64,000 nucleotides of DNA from Trichosphaerium sp. ATCC 40318 (taxonomy: Eukaryota > Protista > Tubulinea): assembly GCA_038496445.1 (NCBI GenBank), contig JALMLS010000612.1, forward strand, positions 496,001-560,000, in the 5' to 3' direction. The position numbers and the translations under genes are program-made. The notes under the pieces are model-generated. The model was given only the letters and a program-made list of their open reading frames with translations, did not search any database and was not told the origin of the DNA. Positions 50,842 through 63,368 of the stretch are shown here, piece after piece; position 1 is the stretch's first letter, and each line of letters opens with the position of its first letter.

Positions 50842-52186
50842 ATACCTACGAAAACCACAACACCAAAATAGTTTGCGCTCCATAATTGCGTAGGGTGAGA
50901 CCTTAAGCAAGGTCACAAAAGCACAAGTAAACTAGAGCCAGATTATGTAAGCACTCCACTTTTAAAACAAAATTATTTTGATGTTGAAAATAGTTTTTTA
51001 TGATTGACGCTTGAGTAAATAGTAGCCATACATACTGTGAATAATATATAGAGAGTATGAAACATTCACCAACAGTGATGTAGCCTACAATGACTCTAAA
51101 AAATAGTTTAATTTTGTGACTTTTTAAGCATTGTTTAGCTAAGTTATACTTATTGCACACATTATCAATTATGTTTTCATCACTTTGAGTAGGTGTCAAT
51201 GGTAGTATTTAATAGCCTCAAAGCATGTTATTGAAAAGTAAACGCACAATAAAGTGCGTCAAATGTGGGAGTTTGTTGAATGATATTTGATGAAACAAAA
51301 GGTTTACTATTCTACACTGATGTTATATGTTATGTTCTACACTTTTCTTCATTAGAAAATGAGTATATGGCATAGTGGTGCCACTATGATCAATTGTAAA
51401 AATACACATGCCAATAGCGTTTGCACCAAAAGTACTCACTTACTTTTTTTTTTTTCCCAAAGTTATCACACAATCAATTTTACATCTCAGTTATTGCCAC
51501 CGATATACTCACATGCGTTGCAAGTGATGTATTTTAGCTGGCACGTTTATGTGTTGTTAAAAATGGCCCAGTTTTCTACAGCTGGAATTTTTCGTAAAAC
51601 CAATATTAAAGGCTAGGGCCAAAACGGTCCAAACCGTGACTATGTAGAAACAGAAGTATATGATCTGTTTATATAGTTTAGAGAATATCGATGGCATTGC
51701 CTGGCATTATACCTTTTTCTTGCCTTTTTGTTTGAAACAGCGTTTTATGCTTGGAAACGCATATTCTACGCACGAATAACGCTTGTATAGTATTGTTCTT
51801 TGATTTTAAAGAGCAATTAACTTTTTTAGCCACTAAACGCTGTAAAACACTTATAACTTCAGTTCCTACATATTTGGAACAATTAAAAGGCTGTGTAATG
51901 TGCAGGCATCATGAAACCGTGTTCAAGGAGTTTATGTTGCTACTTTCCTTTTAAGGCAAAAAGTTTTTGCTTTTAAGTAAGTACTTTTTTCCGTGCTTAC
52001 AACGTAATTTTATGCTCTCACACTCCTCTACCTTGTTTAACAGCATCTTTTAAAGCCGATAAGCATGTGTGGAATGCTTACGTAATCTGGCTCTACAAAG
52101 GCAACAATCATTTACATCAAAATTTATTCTATTTTTGATAAATTTCATAAAACCCTTTTGTACAGTGTGCAGGCTATGAGGTTAAT

Positions 52187-52823
52187 TCAGCCATAATTAA
52201 GCCTAAGTGAGAATTACGATTGTGAGTAACACAAAGTCAAAAATCTTTTATACGAGGTGACCAGGGTTGAGAGGAAATGTGGCGGAAGAGATGTCATACC
52301 TGAAGATCTCGTTCATAACGTATAGTCCTCCATCAGATTGAGCGAGAATAAACACGTGTGAAAACTTGAAGGGAGGTGCACCATCAAGCTGCCAAGGTAT
52401 TAGTAAAAAACGTACGAGATCTAATGCTAGCAAAGCTATTGATAACATACTGAAAGGCTACCACTGACAAACGCGCATAGTGTTCCACCAGGTGTCTCTT
52501 GAACGTCCAAACTCACTAGTTTGTGAGCAATTTGTTCAAAGGAGAAGGACTACAATGGATTCTTAGAGTATGAACGGTTTTGTAGCGGGAAATTGATGAA
52601 AAAAAACTTACTGTTGTTAGCTTTTCTATTATTGCTTTTGAGCCTTTAAATACAGCTCCTTCGAATGATAGCGTTGAATTCTCCCTCTAAATACAGTAAA
52701 ACAGAGTGTTAGCCTATTTTTGCTTACATAAAGAGCAGCAAGAGCTCCACGGTTACTAGCGAATAGCTTATAGTATTTTACAGCGAAATCACGAGCAATG
52801 GCATTGTTTTGTGGACTTGTCAT
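52187..52823 (-). CDS. NTF2: Nuclear transport factor 2 family protein, multi-exon
   Basis: FAVKYYKLFASNRGALAALY..STLSFEG, FVSGSL..FSHVFIL..VMNEIFRLNYG*. Confidence 0.9.
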
Positions 52824-52957
52824 GTAGTGCTTATGCCAATTAACCAAAAAACTTAACGTTTTCAGTTCACTTAATTACTCTCGAGAAACTTCTTTTTAGA
52901 AGCTTCTAGAAGATCAAGCATGTAATCAAATATTTTCTTTGCACTGAACAAATCTTT

Positions 52958-54040
52958 TCAAGAGCAAAAATATGCTCGTGTATCATGCAGAAGGTGTGAA
53001 AAATAACGGACATTGAAACTTTGAATTTTTGTTTTGTTATGAGTGCCAAGGGCACTCATCCATTTTTTGTCTGTACTTGTACTATCTACAACAAAAGTAT
53101 ATCCACCTCCACCCCAATTTATAGGTCTTTCATCTGAAGGAGAAGCAGGAACGACCTCAATAGCCGAAATCTTAGGCGTCCAAGCAATACCTTGAAGCTC
53201 AACTACCAACACATTATCTGTCACTTGCACAATGAATGTCTGGTTAAACGCAGCATTTTTACCAACTGAAGCGAATATATCAAAATTATGAAGCCTATAA
53301 TCACGTGTTGGTAAGAAAAAAACAGAACAAAATCCAAAACAACGAAGCAATTCACAGAATAACACCAAAAAAAAAAAGTGCGCGTACACATAAGTGTCCT
53401 GTAATATGACATTTTGCACACGTTTTTCCTCAATGTCATGTAATAACTCTGCAAAATGAAGCGTTACTCTATAATTACCATCTTGTAACGCCATGTAATA
53501 CTTTAAGTTTGTTTTAGGAACATTTCCCCATCTCTCTGATCTGTAAAGAGCATCATCTTCAGTACCTACGCTTAAACCGATTAAAAAAAAACCAACATGC
53601 GACATCTCCTGACATACCTCTAATATTGACACTATGAGATACAGCCCAAGAAGCCCCTAGGTCATCGCTAAGTAGAGAACAAGAGCTTGTGTAAATTTTT
53701 GTGACATCAACAAAACAAGTGACGTGTCAGGCGAAGAAAAACTCTTGTGGCGGCGTACCAGCGTTGGAAACCCATGATCTCTGTTTTTTATTTGTCATGT
53801 GCATATCTGCAGCAAAAATACGACCATCCCTGGTTCTATAGCCTCTACCACCACAATTAATGCGAATAACGCTGTCTAGAATTGATGTTTGTTACAAAAA
53901 CGATTATAACTGTTAAAACTACTGATTTAGGCGACAATACCTTCATCCAAGGCTAGCGTGAGTTTCTTGGCTTTAATACATGGCAAATAAGTAACGCTTA
54001 GCCACAATATTAAAATAACGCCCAGAGACGTGATGCCCAT
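52958..54040 (-). CDS. Secreted malectin-domain protein, multi-exon (3' end uncertain)
   Basis: Signal peptide; IRINCGG, DDALYRSERWG, YRVTLHFAE, FDIFASVGKNAA, PKISAIEV. Confidence 0.8.
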
Positions 54041-54472
54041 AGTGCGTTAGAGGTACTCACAATAGTAGTAAAGAAATTAAGATCAATTAAGTACTAAGAG
54101 AGTACTTAACCTACTGTTGTTTCAGTTTCAGTCCAGAGCTAGGTACAACAAGCTCATTGAAGAACCTTGAAATTGCACTATCACGTGTTCAAAAATGTGA
54201 CCATATTCATTAAGAAACAAAATCCACGAGCTTCCTGTGATAAAACGGCATCAACTTATTTGCAACACATAAATCACATACTGTATCTGGTGGTATGATT
54301 ATGAACATCCTTTGGTGGCTCTTACATACAGTACAATACGAAATCCTTAAAAATAGGAATTTTATCCTGTAATTCCCACGTTGTGGTTTTAAAGTTTGTT
54401 TGTATGATTAATGCATATAATCGAAAGTAACCTTGCATGGACTAGTATAAAGACAAATGCTTTGCATTGGAT

Positions 54473-55725
54473 TTACAAAGAGATTGGTGTATCTAAAATC
54501 TTTACATTTTGTTTTTCAATTGGATAAACCTTTACGGATACATTCCATGGATATGCATATCTGACATGACCTCCAAGCATAATAGGTGGTTTAAGCCAAC
54601 CGTGTAAATGTATAGTTTGGTTAAAATCACAAATATAAGGGTATACCTTCATGTCTGTGGTGAAAACACCTGCCTGTTGAAAAAAAAAAGTTAAAACAAG
54701 CTATTTCTTAGAGTCACGTGATTTACCATGTGCCATGAACCTGAGTCTAAAGTATGCACAATGTTCGCAGGCCCTTTTGAAGTATCTATATAATCACCTA
54801 CGGAGTACACTACATTGCCAAAATCACCTTCAATCTACACCACAACAATTAACCACAAACTCCAAACTAAGAAAAAGCGAAAGAAAAAAAACTAACCAGA
54901 AGAAAATTGTTTTGAGTTTTCCTAAGAAATTGGAGTGCCCAAAAAGACTAGAGTAGCGTATTTGGATACGAAAAAGAAAGGAAAGGGGCTTATACAAATG
55001 AAACTTCTTTGTGTGTTTTTAAAACGTACAATAGCACCAGCGTATTTAATATCTAATCCCTTTAGCGTATTTGTTACCCACTCATGCATCTCCATCTTAT
55101 CATTGCCATAATTCTTGTATGTAAACTCTTTTACTTCCTTCGGGTCAACAATACCAACGCCAAAGAATGGAACTCTAATAGGTACGCTCTACGAAGGCCT
55201 GTAAGCAAGCTCGCAATTATTTTTTCGAAAAAACAAGAAAAAAAAATTGAACTAGCGTCGCTTCGATAACGCACGTGCTCGCGGAAAGGACTGTCACTTC
55301 CTTCTATATCTATTACAGTAGAATTCGCATATCCATGAGGATCTGCCCAATAGTATGTCATATTTGAAACAGTACCATAAGGTATCATCTCACCATGTCT
55401 TTTACAGGAGGTTAAAACAAGGAGGAAAGCAAAAGTGGGAACACTCTATCTAATGGACATTATGGTACCTAGTTGGGTAGTTTGTAGTGCCCATACCAAA
55501 GACAACGTGGTCTGTAGGGTATTTGGCTATCTGAGTCTTCACGTATTCTTAAAACAACGTTAAACTGATTTTCACGCTAAAAAAAGTACCTAGAGGGAAT
55601 GTAACCGAATAATTGTTGGCAACTACAGCCGCTACATCTCCTATTGCCAACAGTTCATTAAATGCATTACTAGCCACCACAAAAGTGACAATAACAAATA
55701 AAAAAGTCTCCACAGCACGTGTCAT
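54473..55725 (-). CDS. Secreted alpha-acetolactate decarboxylase-like protein, multi-exon
   Basis: Signal peptide; FGMGT, VPFFGVG, AIIEGDF, HLHG..GGHV occur in the ALDC order (FGLGT, TPFA, IEG.F, HxH..GGH). Confidence 0.6.
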
Positions 55726-56728
55726 TGTGACAAAAAAAGTTGGTTTGATGCGCTAGTTAAGTCTCTTGTTGGAAGAATCAAGACCAATCATAGACCGGCC
55801 TTAGCCACCAACTTTATCGACAAAAACTATAATTACGTCTTCAAGTTATTGCTGCGTGCTTCATAACGTTAGAACTCAAATTCACTTTTGTTTGCCCTGA
55901 AACAGCTATTTTGTTGTTGCATAGCCTAGTTTTTTAAGATGGTTTGTGTACAGGCAACCCCACTAGAGTACACAAGCTAGCCTATCGATGTATCTGTATG
56001 GAATACTATATGATAGTAGGAACAGAATCACATGCTTGCTACTGAGCAAGATTTACCTTTGAACAGTAGCGTAACGTTAAATTGAAAACCCTGTTGCCTA
56101 TGATTGGCGCAAGCGAAACTACGCTCGTACTCTTACTTGCACAAGCACTGTTATAGTTCTTGCATAACAATCTCATGATCAAGTATCCTAGATAAGCAGC
56201 TTCGCATTTTTATCGCATGCTCAAGCACTGCTGGTAACAAATTGGTAGTTAGTTCTCTTAGTTGGTTCCTACTTTTACAAGGAACCAATGCTGTTCTATG
56301 AACCTCTATTTTTATAGCTGTGGCCACAACCGCTCTTGTAGTAATAACAACAGACAAAAGGTAGCTATGGTTTTTTTTTGTAGTTTCACCAAAATCAAAT
56401 CTGTCCACATCACCATTCGCTGTATTAAAACTACACTATGGTTTTTAGATCCTAGTTACACAGACGCAGTTCTTTGTTTTAGGTGAAATCAAAATGTAAG
56501 CGAAATTAACCGCGTTAAGTGAAAATAATTTCATAACAGGAATTTTCGAACAATATCTACGACTGTAATAAAAAAAATTGTGTACCCAGAATATTATTTT
56601 CTAGCGTTTAAAGATTATAAAGACGTGGTTTATTTTCTAACAAGATATATTTAAATGATACTTTACAGATTGGGTTTTTTTTTACATTTTACACTTTTCT
56701 ACAATTTTCTCCAAAAACGGTATTCAGC

Positions 56729-57085
56729 TCATCTTAGTTCTGGTCCACATTGCATTTGGTGCGCGTAGTGTGTTTTTGTAAAAGTAGTTGGGTTTACTTT
56801 ATTTTGTCTTTGTATTTGCTTGATTCTCTTATGTACCAACGTCTTCTTCATCGTTTGCTTTGATTTACAAGCAAAGGAACAGAAGTTTCCGCCTTTGGCA
56901 TTGAAAATTCTTTTAGAGCAGCAAGAGCATGTATGAAACACGTAAGGGTCTTCTGATATGCGTTTCGAAGAAGTAGCAGGTGATTTTACACGCTTCATGA
57001 TTGTTTTACCCGGTTTCGGTTTTGGCGACGTTTTACGTGGTGATCTTGTCTTCATTGTAGTCTGTTTGTTGAGGAGAAGTTGCAT
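56729..57085 (-). CDS. Small basic protein with FCS-type zinc finger, intronless
   Basis: CSCC...FCSFAC motif; Lys/Arg/SP-rich N-terminus. Confidence 0.6.
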   Translation of the reverse strand: MQLLLNKQTTMKTRSPRKTSPKPKPGKTIMKRVKSPATSSKRISEDPYVFHTCSCCSKRIFNAKGGNFCSFACKSKQTMKKTLVHKRIKQIQRQNKVNPTTFTKTHYAHQMQCGPELR

Positions 57086-57357
57086 ATTGTGTTGTTTCGT
57101 TGTGGAATTGATGAAATAGCAGTTTCAGGAATGAAAATTATCGAAATTTCACCCTTTTCAAGAAAAAGGAGGCGAGTTTTTATTTCAACTTGTCTCGAGC
57201 TCAACCGATATTTTGTACCTTCAAAAGCAAGTATAAGGATACCAAAGTAGTATGGAATGGGATTATAAGTTCTACCGACCCAGACAATCACGTGGCATGA
57301 ATTCAACTGACAGAAACTAATCTCTGAAAAGAAATTCTAAAGCTCACTTCCATAACA

Positions 57358-57722
57358 ATGCTCAGGTTACGGGTTTCGAAAACTGCGTGTCAAAAACGCT
57401 ATATTACGCGTAGTTATTGTCAGCAGTCCACAGTGAAAGGTTAGTCTGAACTTCGCGTGACAATTACCCGTAAGATTGTTGTGTTAACCAATATCTAAAG
57501 GTAAGGGCGCATTTAACTATGACACAGCTGAGCTCGCTAAATTACGTTGTCCAATAACTAAACAACCGCTTGAATATGATCCAAAACGCAATGAATTGGT
57601 AAATAAGACTAATAACATTGCATACCCAGTGCGTTACTTTAAAATACGTTAAAACAATCTAAATCCTAAAGATTCGGGACGGCATACCAATCTTACGCCC
57701 AGACGAAGCAGAGCACGTCTAA
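57358..57722 (+). CDS. Mitochondrial Trm112-like protein (PYURF/preY-like), 3 exons; absent from the ORF track
   Basis: Presequence MLRLRVSKT; LRCPITKQPLEYD..NELV..IAYP|IRDGIPILRPDEA*. Confidence 0.85.
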
Positions 57723-57961
57723 TCAACACATAAAAACGAGAAAATCCTAAAAACCAATCAACAGTGCACACAAGCACGCCCAACAAACCCGGAAACAGGA
57801 AAAAAATGACAGCTTGACATGTATTCACCGTAACGGACAATGACGGGTTTATTTTACAATTTTTTTTTGAAATGTTTCATGCGTTGTAAGATTTGGAAGG
57901 AACAAAGGCGGGCTAATAATTTAGCCACACCAAGTCTTCCCCAAACTTCTCGAAAATCACG

Positions 57962-60013
57962 TCATAAAATCTCTTTATCTCTCGTTAAAGTCATCCGATA
58001 TTCATTGTATCTTTTTTCTGGAATAAAGTATTAGAGAATAAGATACTTATGGTTTGGTGGAGTTGGGGGCAAGGGAGAAAAATGGAAAGACATTGATTAA
58101 AAAATTGTAAAAACGTGAAGTTTTACGTACGAATTCGTATTCGTCAGTGAAGCTGCCGACAATGTCTGTGAGGTTTTCGAATAGCTTGCTTACGTAGAGG
58201 TTAGGCAATGATAATGCCATATCTCTTGGTGTTGCCCATGTCAATACAACGCGTTCTTTTGTTTGTTGGAACCTTAAAAACTCAAAGTCAGCATACTTAA
58301 TTTTACAAATCGTTTTGTTTTTTCTTGGAGTCAAAAATCTTTTTCTGTTGCATACCTAACGTGACATCCAAGCTCAGTTTGAATATCCTTTTGCCATACT
58401 CCAATAGGAATAGAAGTTAATGGTTTGCCTAAACATCATTATGAGAACAAAGGCGAAAAGGGGTTCAGTTGCATAACAAAAAACTCGAGTAAACCATACC
58501 AACAATACGCTTCAAAATGACACTATTTTTCCTCGTGTCAGCAAAGTTAAGGTATGCAGAATCAGCTCCAAATTTTGAAACTATTTCGTCATGGATTTCT
58601 TGTGCTTTATCAATCTCTGGGAATGCAACCATAAAGTACTTACTACAGAGACAAGAAAATGAGAAAAAACAACCCGAAAGAAACGAAGAGAGAAAAAAAA
58701 AACCAAAAAAATCTTGTTTCATGTCATCTGCAACGTACTCATCTGAAGTGATTGTAACAGGTGGTTTATGTGGTTCTAAGAGTGCTGAGATCTTTGCGAT
58801 ATCTTTTCCCCATGTAGGAATCTGCAAGCAAAATACAGGCGCTTTGTAAATTTGCTCTTTAGGTCCACTGATTTTTCTAGTAAAAAGCGCTGTATTGAAC
58901 ACGCTTGGGATACCGTTTGTGAAGATTCTATTAATGCCACTACGTGTAGTAAACTTTGCAGTAATAAATCTAAAGTCTTATGAGATTACGGCCATATAAA
59001 AAGAAATACAATGCAAACCAAAAAAGGCAAAAAAAAATAAAGTACAAATAAGTCGCGAGTGTCACTCTTACCTGCTGCATGTAAGAGGTCGGAAACCAAC
59101 TTTAAACTCAGAAATAGGTCCAAAGTGATCTATCAAACGTTGCTTTAAAGCACCAACAGTAGGCCAAAATGACACGCCATCAAAAACGACATCTACCCAA
59201 TCAGGTGTATCCATAGGACATCCTTTCTTCTCTATAGCTTTAAAGCCCAATCCAGCTGTAAAAACACGACCTCTAATTTGAAGGCCGTTTAATTTACGCA
59301 TAGCAATCATACAATCTCTACGCTTATAGAATTCCACTCTGAACCTAAAACGAAGCGTCAGTCACTGAAGAGAAAAAAAATACAAATAAAAAAGAAGAAA
59401 AGTGCGCTTGTATTAGGTTCATAGCGTACGTATTGACTGGAAATAATGAGCTGGAAGTACCACGGACTTTTGTAAGCTTATATATCTGATGAATGTTAGA
59501 ATTATTGCGCTTGAAAGGTGTTTCAAAAAAAAAACAACAAAAAAGTGTCACGCACCTTTGGTAAGTGTAATTCGGACAAAACCTCTTGCATGTCTTTGTA
59601 ACTGAGTATATCTGAGCTAATATCAAGCCTGTTGTCGTAAACAATTAGACTTTCTGAGCACACTTTTTCTTTACGGAGCGCTAATGGGTGTGTTAGCATA
59701 TTAAAACTCGTTTTGATCACGTACCAACGTCGCTTTTGTTTTCCCAACAGCTTTGCCATACTTTTGGTTCAAAATTTAGTTTCCACTTCCTACGAAGCTG
59801 TACAGGTTAGCCACGGAACATAAACGGCGAGGAAACATTTCAGAAATTGAATGAATTTTACAACAGGCTTACTTGTCTTGTACGAAGCTCTTTCACCTTG
59901 TTGGTGTAGCCAGGGCCTGATTTCTTCTTATACCGACCAATACTACTGGATAATCTTTGAATATCCTTTTGTTCCTTTTGCCTGGCGACAGCGACGCGTT
60001 TACGAGAGGGCAT
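57962..60013 (-). CDS. Multi-RRM RNA-binding protein, multi-exon (3' end approximate)
   Basis: Basic N-terminus; RRM-like segment (VEFYKRRDCMIAMRKLNGLQIRGR) and further RRM-like blocks. Confidence 0.65.
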
Positions 60014-60333
60014 GATCAAAAATAACCGTGTACAATGTTGTAATTTACTCGCAATGACCCAATTTCTGCAAAACAGCAACTATAAACACTCTAAACGGCT
60101 TCAACTGACAACCACTACATGCAAAACTACGACTCGTGAAGATTGAGCAAGTTTTGAGACATTTCACATAACTCAAACATTTTGTTTGTTTAAAGTTTAG
60201 TCCTTACAACGACGTTCGCGGCTAGTACTTTACACAATATCTTTGTTTTGTATAATAACATCACAGGTTATGTTTCTTTTTTTTCTTTCTTTTCGGCTTT
60301 GTCAACAACTTCAATAACTGCAACTACAATCTT

Positions 60334-61304
60334 CTAGATGGCTGGTTTCGCAGCTTCAATGATCATTTCAGCCATAGTAGTGAACAACTCATCAAGGTGT
60401 TTGCCAGTAGCAGCAGATGTTTCAATATAAGATACTTCTTCCTTATTAGCCAACGCCTATTTAAAACAGAAGTCAGACTACTAAACAAGGCACACAGTTC
60501 CGAAAATAAAAGAAAAACAAACAACAGAACAACAAATAATTTGAGAAATTACCTCTGCTTGTTCTCTTGTAATTACGCGATCTCCTTCTAAATCAGCCTT
60601 GTTTCCAACCAAAATTAACTGTACGCCTTGCTTGGCATACCTCTTTACCTCCGTAAACCATAATTCAAGTTGTTCGTAGCTCTCTTGACTAGTAATATCG
60701 TATACAATAACAACACCTTCTGAATTTCCGTAGAAAGAACTGGTTATTGTCCTAAATTTTTCTTGGCCTGCTGTGTCGTGCTGGTGGTTCGTTAAGGGTT
60801 TTTTCAATAGAAAAAGCGCGTGTAAGCACAAGTTTTGTCAAAATTATACGAAAAGTTGTCCGTTTTTCTGCATTTTAAGTTAACAAGGGCGTTGTTTGGA
60901 AAGGATACAAGCGTAATTTTCACTTTTTGCCTGTCAGCAACTTCAATTATTTTTGTTTTGGATGCGCTAACGTCAATGCCATCTGCAGGAAATTGATTAT
61001 CCTATGGAAGTAGTTGGTTAGTTTTAAATTAACGGTTGTTTGCCACAATAAAACTCAATAATAAAACTGACAAGCGTGTCACGCACCGTGAACTTTACCA
61101 ACATGCTAGTTTTGCCCACACCTTTGGTTTGTTAATTAAAACAATTTATTCCTTATAATGTTATGCACCTGGATGGCCCACCAAAAAGAACTGCTGGTGA
61201 TGGCTATATGCTCAGTTAATCCTTGCAGCGAACTTAGGGACTTACTCGTGGTTACTTTGATCTGAAGAGCCCGAACCAGACTCACTGCAACACATTCCCC
61301 CCAT
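60334..61304 (-). CDS. Atypical Rab-family GTPase with N-terminal MGGMCC and no C-terminal cysteines, 5 exons
   Basis: GHPGVGKTS, HDTAGQEKFRTITSSFY, VGNKADL, ETSA; ends EAAKPAI*. Confidence 0.9.
60781..60908 (-). other. U12-type (minor spliceosome) GT-AG intron
   Basis: 5' site GTATCCTTT; branch site CCTTAAC about 11 nt before the CAG; no polypyrimidine tract. Confidence 0.88.
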
Positions 61305-61778
61305 TGTAAATAAACCAAGCTTTGTAAATGGATTTATATACTACTAACCTCGTTAGGTCGATATCAAACAGCTGAGGTTCTTGAGCTCCAAACAAGGGCG
61401 TGTGCATACTATGTACGTAGTACGGTTCACGAAAGTTTTGTAAAAGGAGTGAAAGGTCATTGACACAATTTAGTGTAAAAAAGCGCTCAAGTAATTGCCT
61501 AACGTACAGTAAGCGGGGTTGCGTCCACCAAATGCTACTAAAGCCTAAAAATATTCGCGAAATTTGACTTTTATGCAAATTGTTGCCAAACTGCAACTCA
61601 CAAGTTTTTAAGGCAAAATCACGAAAAAATACCACCGCAAACTATGCTGTCAATACTCTAACGTAATCGCTGTGTTCCTTTTCAAAAAAATAAAAAAAAA
61701 CGGTTCAAATCATCACATCTGATCAGAATACTATCGCGTTTTGAGTTTATTGACACTTCACAAAGATCAGAATAATGT

Positions 61779-63112
61779 CTATTGTTTAGCACGAAGGTGT
61801 TTAGCGAATTGCTCAACAACATGTTTGTTTGCTTCTGCAACTGGCTTTTTATATGGGCCATCAATGGTAGTGTTATCACTAAACGCAACATTAGTTAATT
61901 GTTTCCACAACAAGCAGCGTAAAACCTAAAAACCAAAAAGTTCTGAGAAAAACAGAAACGTACGTAGATACATCCTTTGTCTCGTTCTTGGATACAAGTG
62001 CTTGCCAGTAAGCGTGGGTCTCTTCGACTACTTCAATAGCGAATTTCTAGATTCAGTGAGCATAGAAAGGCGCATGGTATTGTGTTTAAATTACCTTTGG
62101 TTGAGGTTGGTTATCATACGCAAAGACATTTTGTGGTTTGCCGTCAGGGACCTTGTAGTCGCGCAAGAACTCGAATACTTGCTTCAATTTTCCTGGGTAA
62201 ACCTTTTCGACATCTTCGAGCTCTAAATCTCAAACAGTGAGCAAAAACAAGAAAGGTTTTCCCGTTTTATCAATAAAACAAGAGAAAATAATGTACCGTT
62301 AATTTGGCTGGCCTTTGGGTCGTTGACGTCAATGGCAATAATTTTCCAGTCAGTCTCGCCTATATTTCATTACTTTCGGGCAAGTTGCGAAAGTATTTCT
62401 GCAGAATAACAAAAAAACTGCATACCTTCGTCAATCATAGCGTAAACGCCTACTACTTTGACGGCAATGGCATCGCCAGTGTTATGTTGTACGTCACCAA
62501 TCTCGCAAACGTCCAAAGGATCGTTATCACCTACAGTAGCGGTAAGACAACGTAAAATCGGGAAGTAAACAGAAACATATTTTTAAAAGACTGAGCGTGG
62601 CGTTGAGAACAGCAATAGTTGTGTTGCACATTTGACCTTTGCTCATGATTTGTTTTCGTTGATTGTAAGCTGATAAATTAAAGTTGTACCTTTAGCTTTA
62701 GTGCCCTCATGGGTCTTGGTTGGGTCCTCCCATGTTTGTGGGATAGCACCATAGTTGAATGGGTATTTAAGGGCTACGTAGCGCAATTTTCCTTTCTATC
62801 ATTGTTATTTTAGCTGTAGAGGCGTAGGGTACCTTAGTATCTTGCTTGATTGGGTTGAAAGGCTCGTCACGGCTGATCTCGAGTTTTGGTTGTGTAGTAC
62901 GTGGAATCTCTACAATCATGGTGGCAACAGCATTGGCTTTGTCTAACCAGCAAGGAATATCATGGAAAGGCGAAACAACAGCTCCGTCAGCAGAAACTGA
63001 TAATACATGTCAAAACAACGCTTGTAGGGCATGGTAAGGCAGTACCGAAAAATTGTCTCCACTCTAAAGTGCCAAAGTGTCCAACAGTTGCTGTAGTGTA
63101 TTTTTGTGCCAT
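61779..63112 (-). CDS. PPA1: Soluble inorganic pyrophosphatase (family I), multi-exon
   Basis: [57 protein letters not shown]. Confidence 0.95.
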
Positions 63113-63368
63113 ATGTGGTTGTAATCGGTAATTGAGACTCGAGATAAGGTAGATTAATTAAGTCATTTTTACGCTCCTACACTTTTCGCAATTTTAAACA
63201 CAATTGTTGGTACAGTGATCGTTTTTTAAAAGGTGTCGCTGTTTTTATATCCATTTTGAGCATGTGAAACTATTAATTAGTTGAACGGTTTTCTGTAGTG
63301 AGAGAGGAACACGTGAGTTAGGTGAAAAATGTTGTTTATTTTTACTTTTTGTACTTTATTTTTCCGAT

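Noticed and set aside
50900-52100. Short ORFs in an AT-rich spacer (similarly 8205-8597 and 56151-56486)
   Set aside because: No motifs, often non-ATG starts, no coherent splice pattern
57235-57242. Second GTATCCTT on the minus strand
   Set aside because: No CCTTAAC branch site downstream and not at an evident exon boundary
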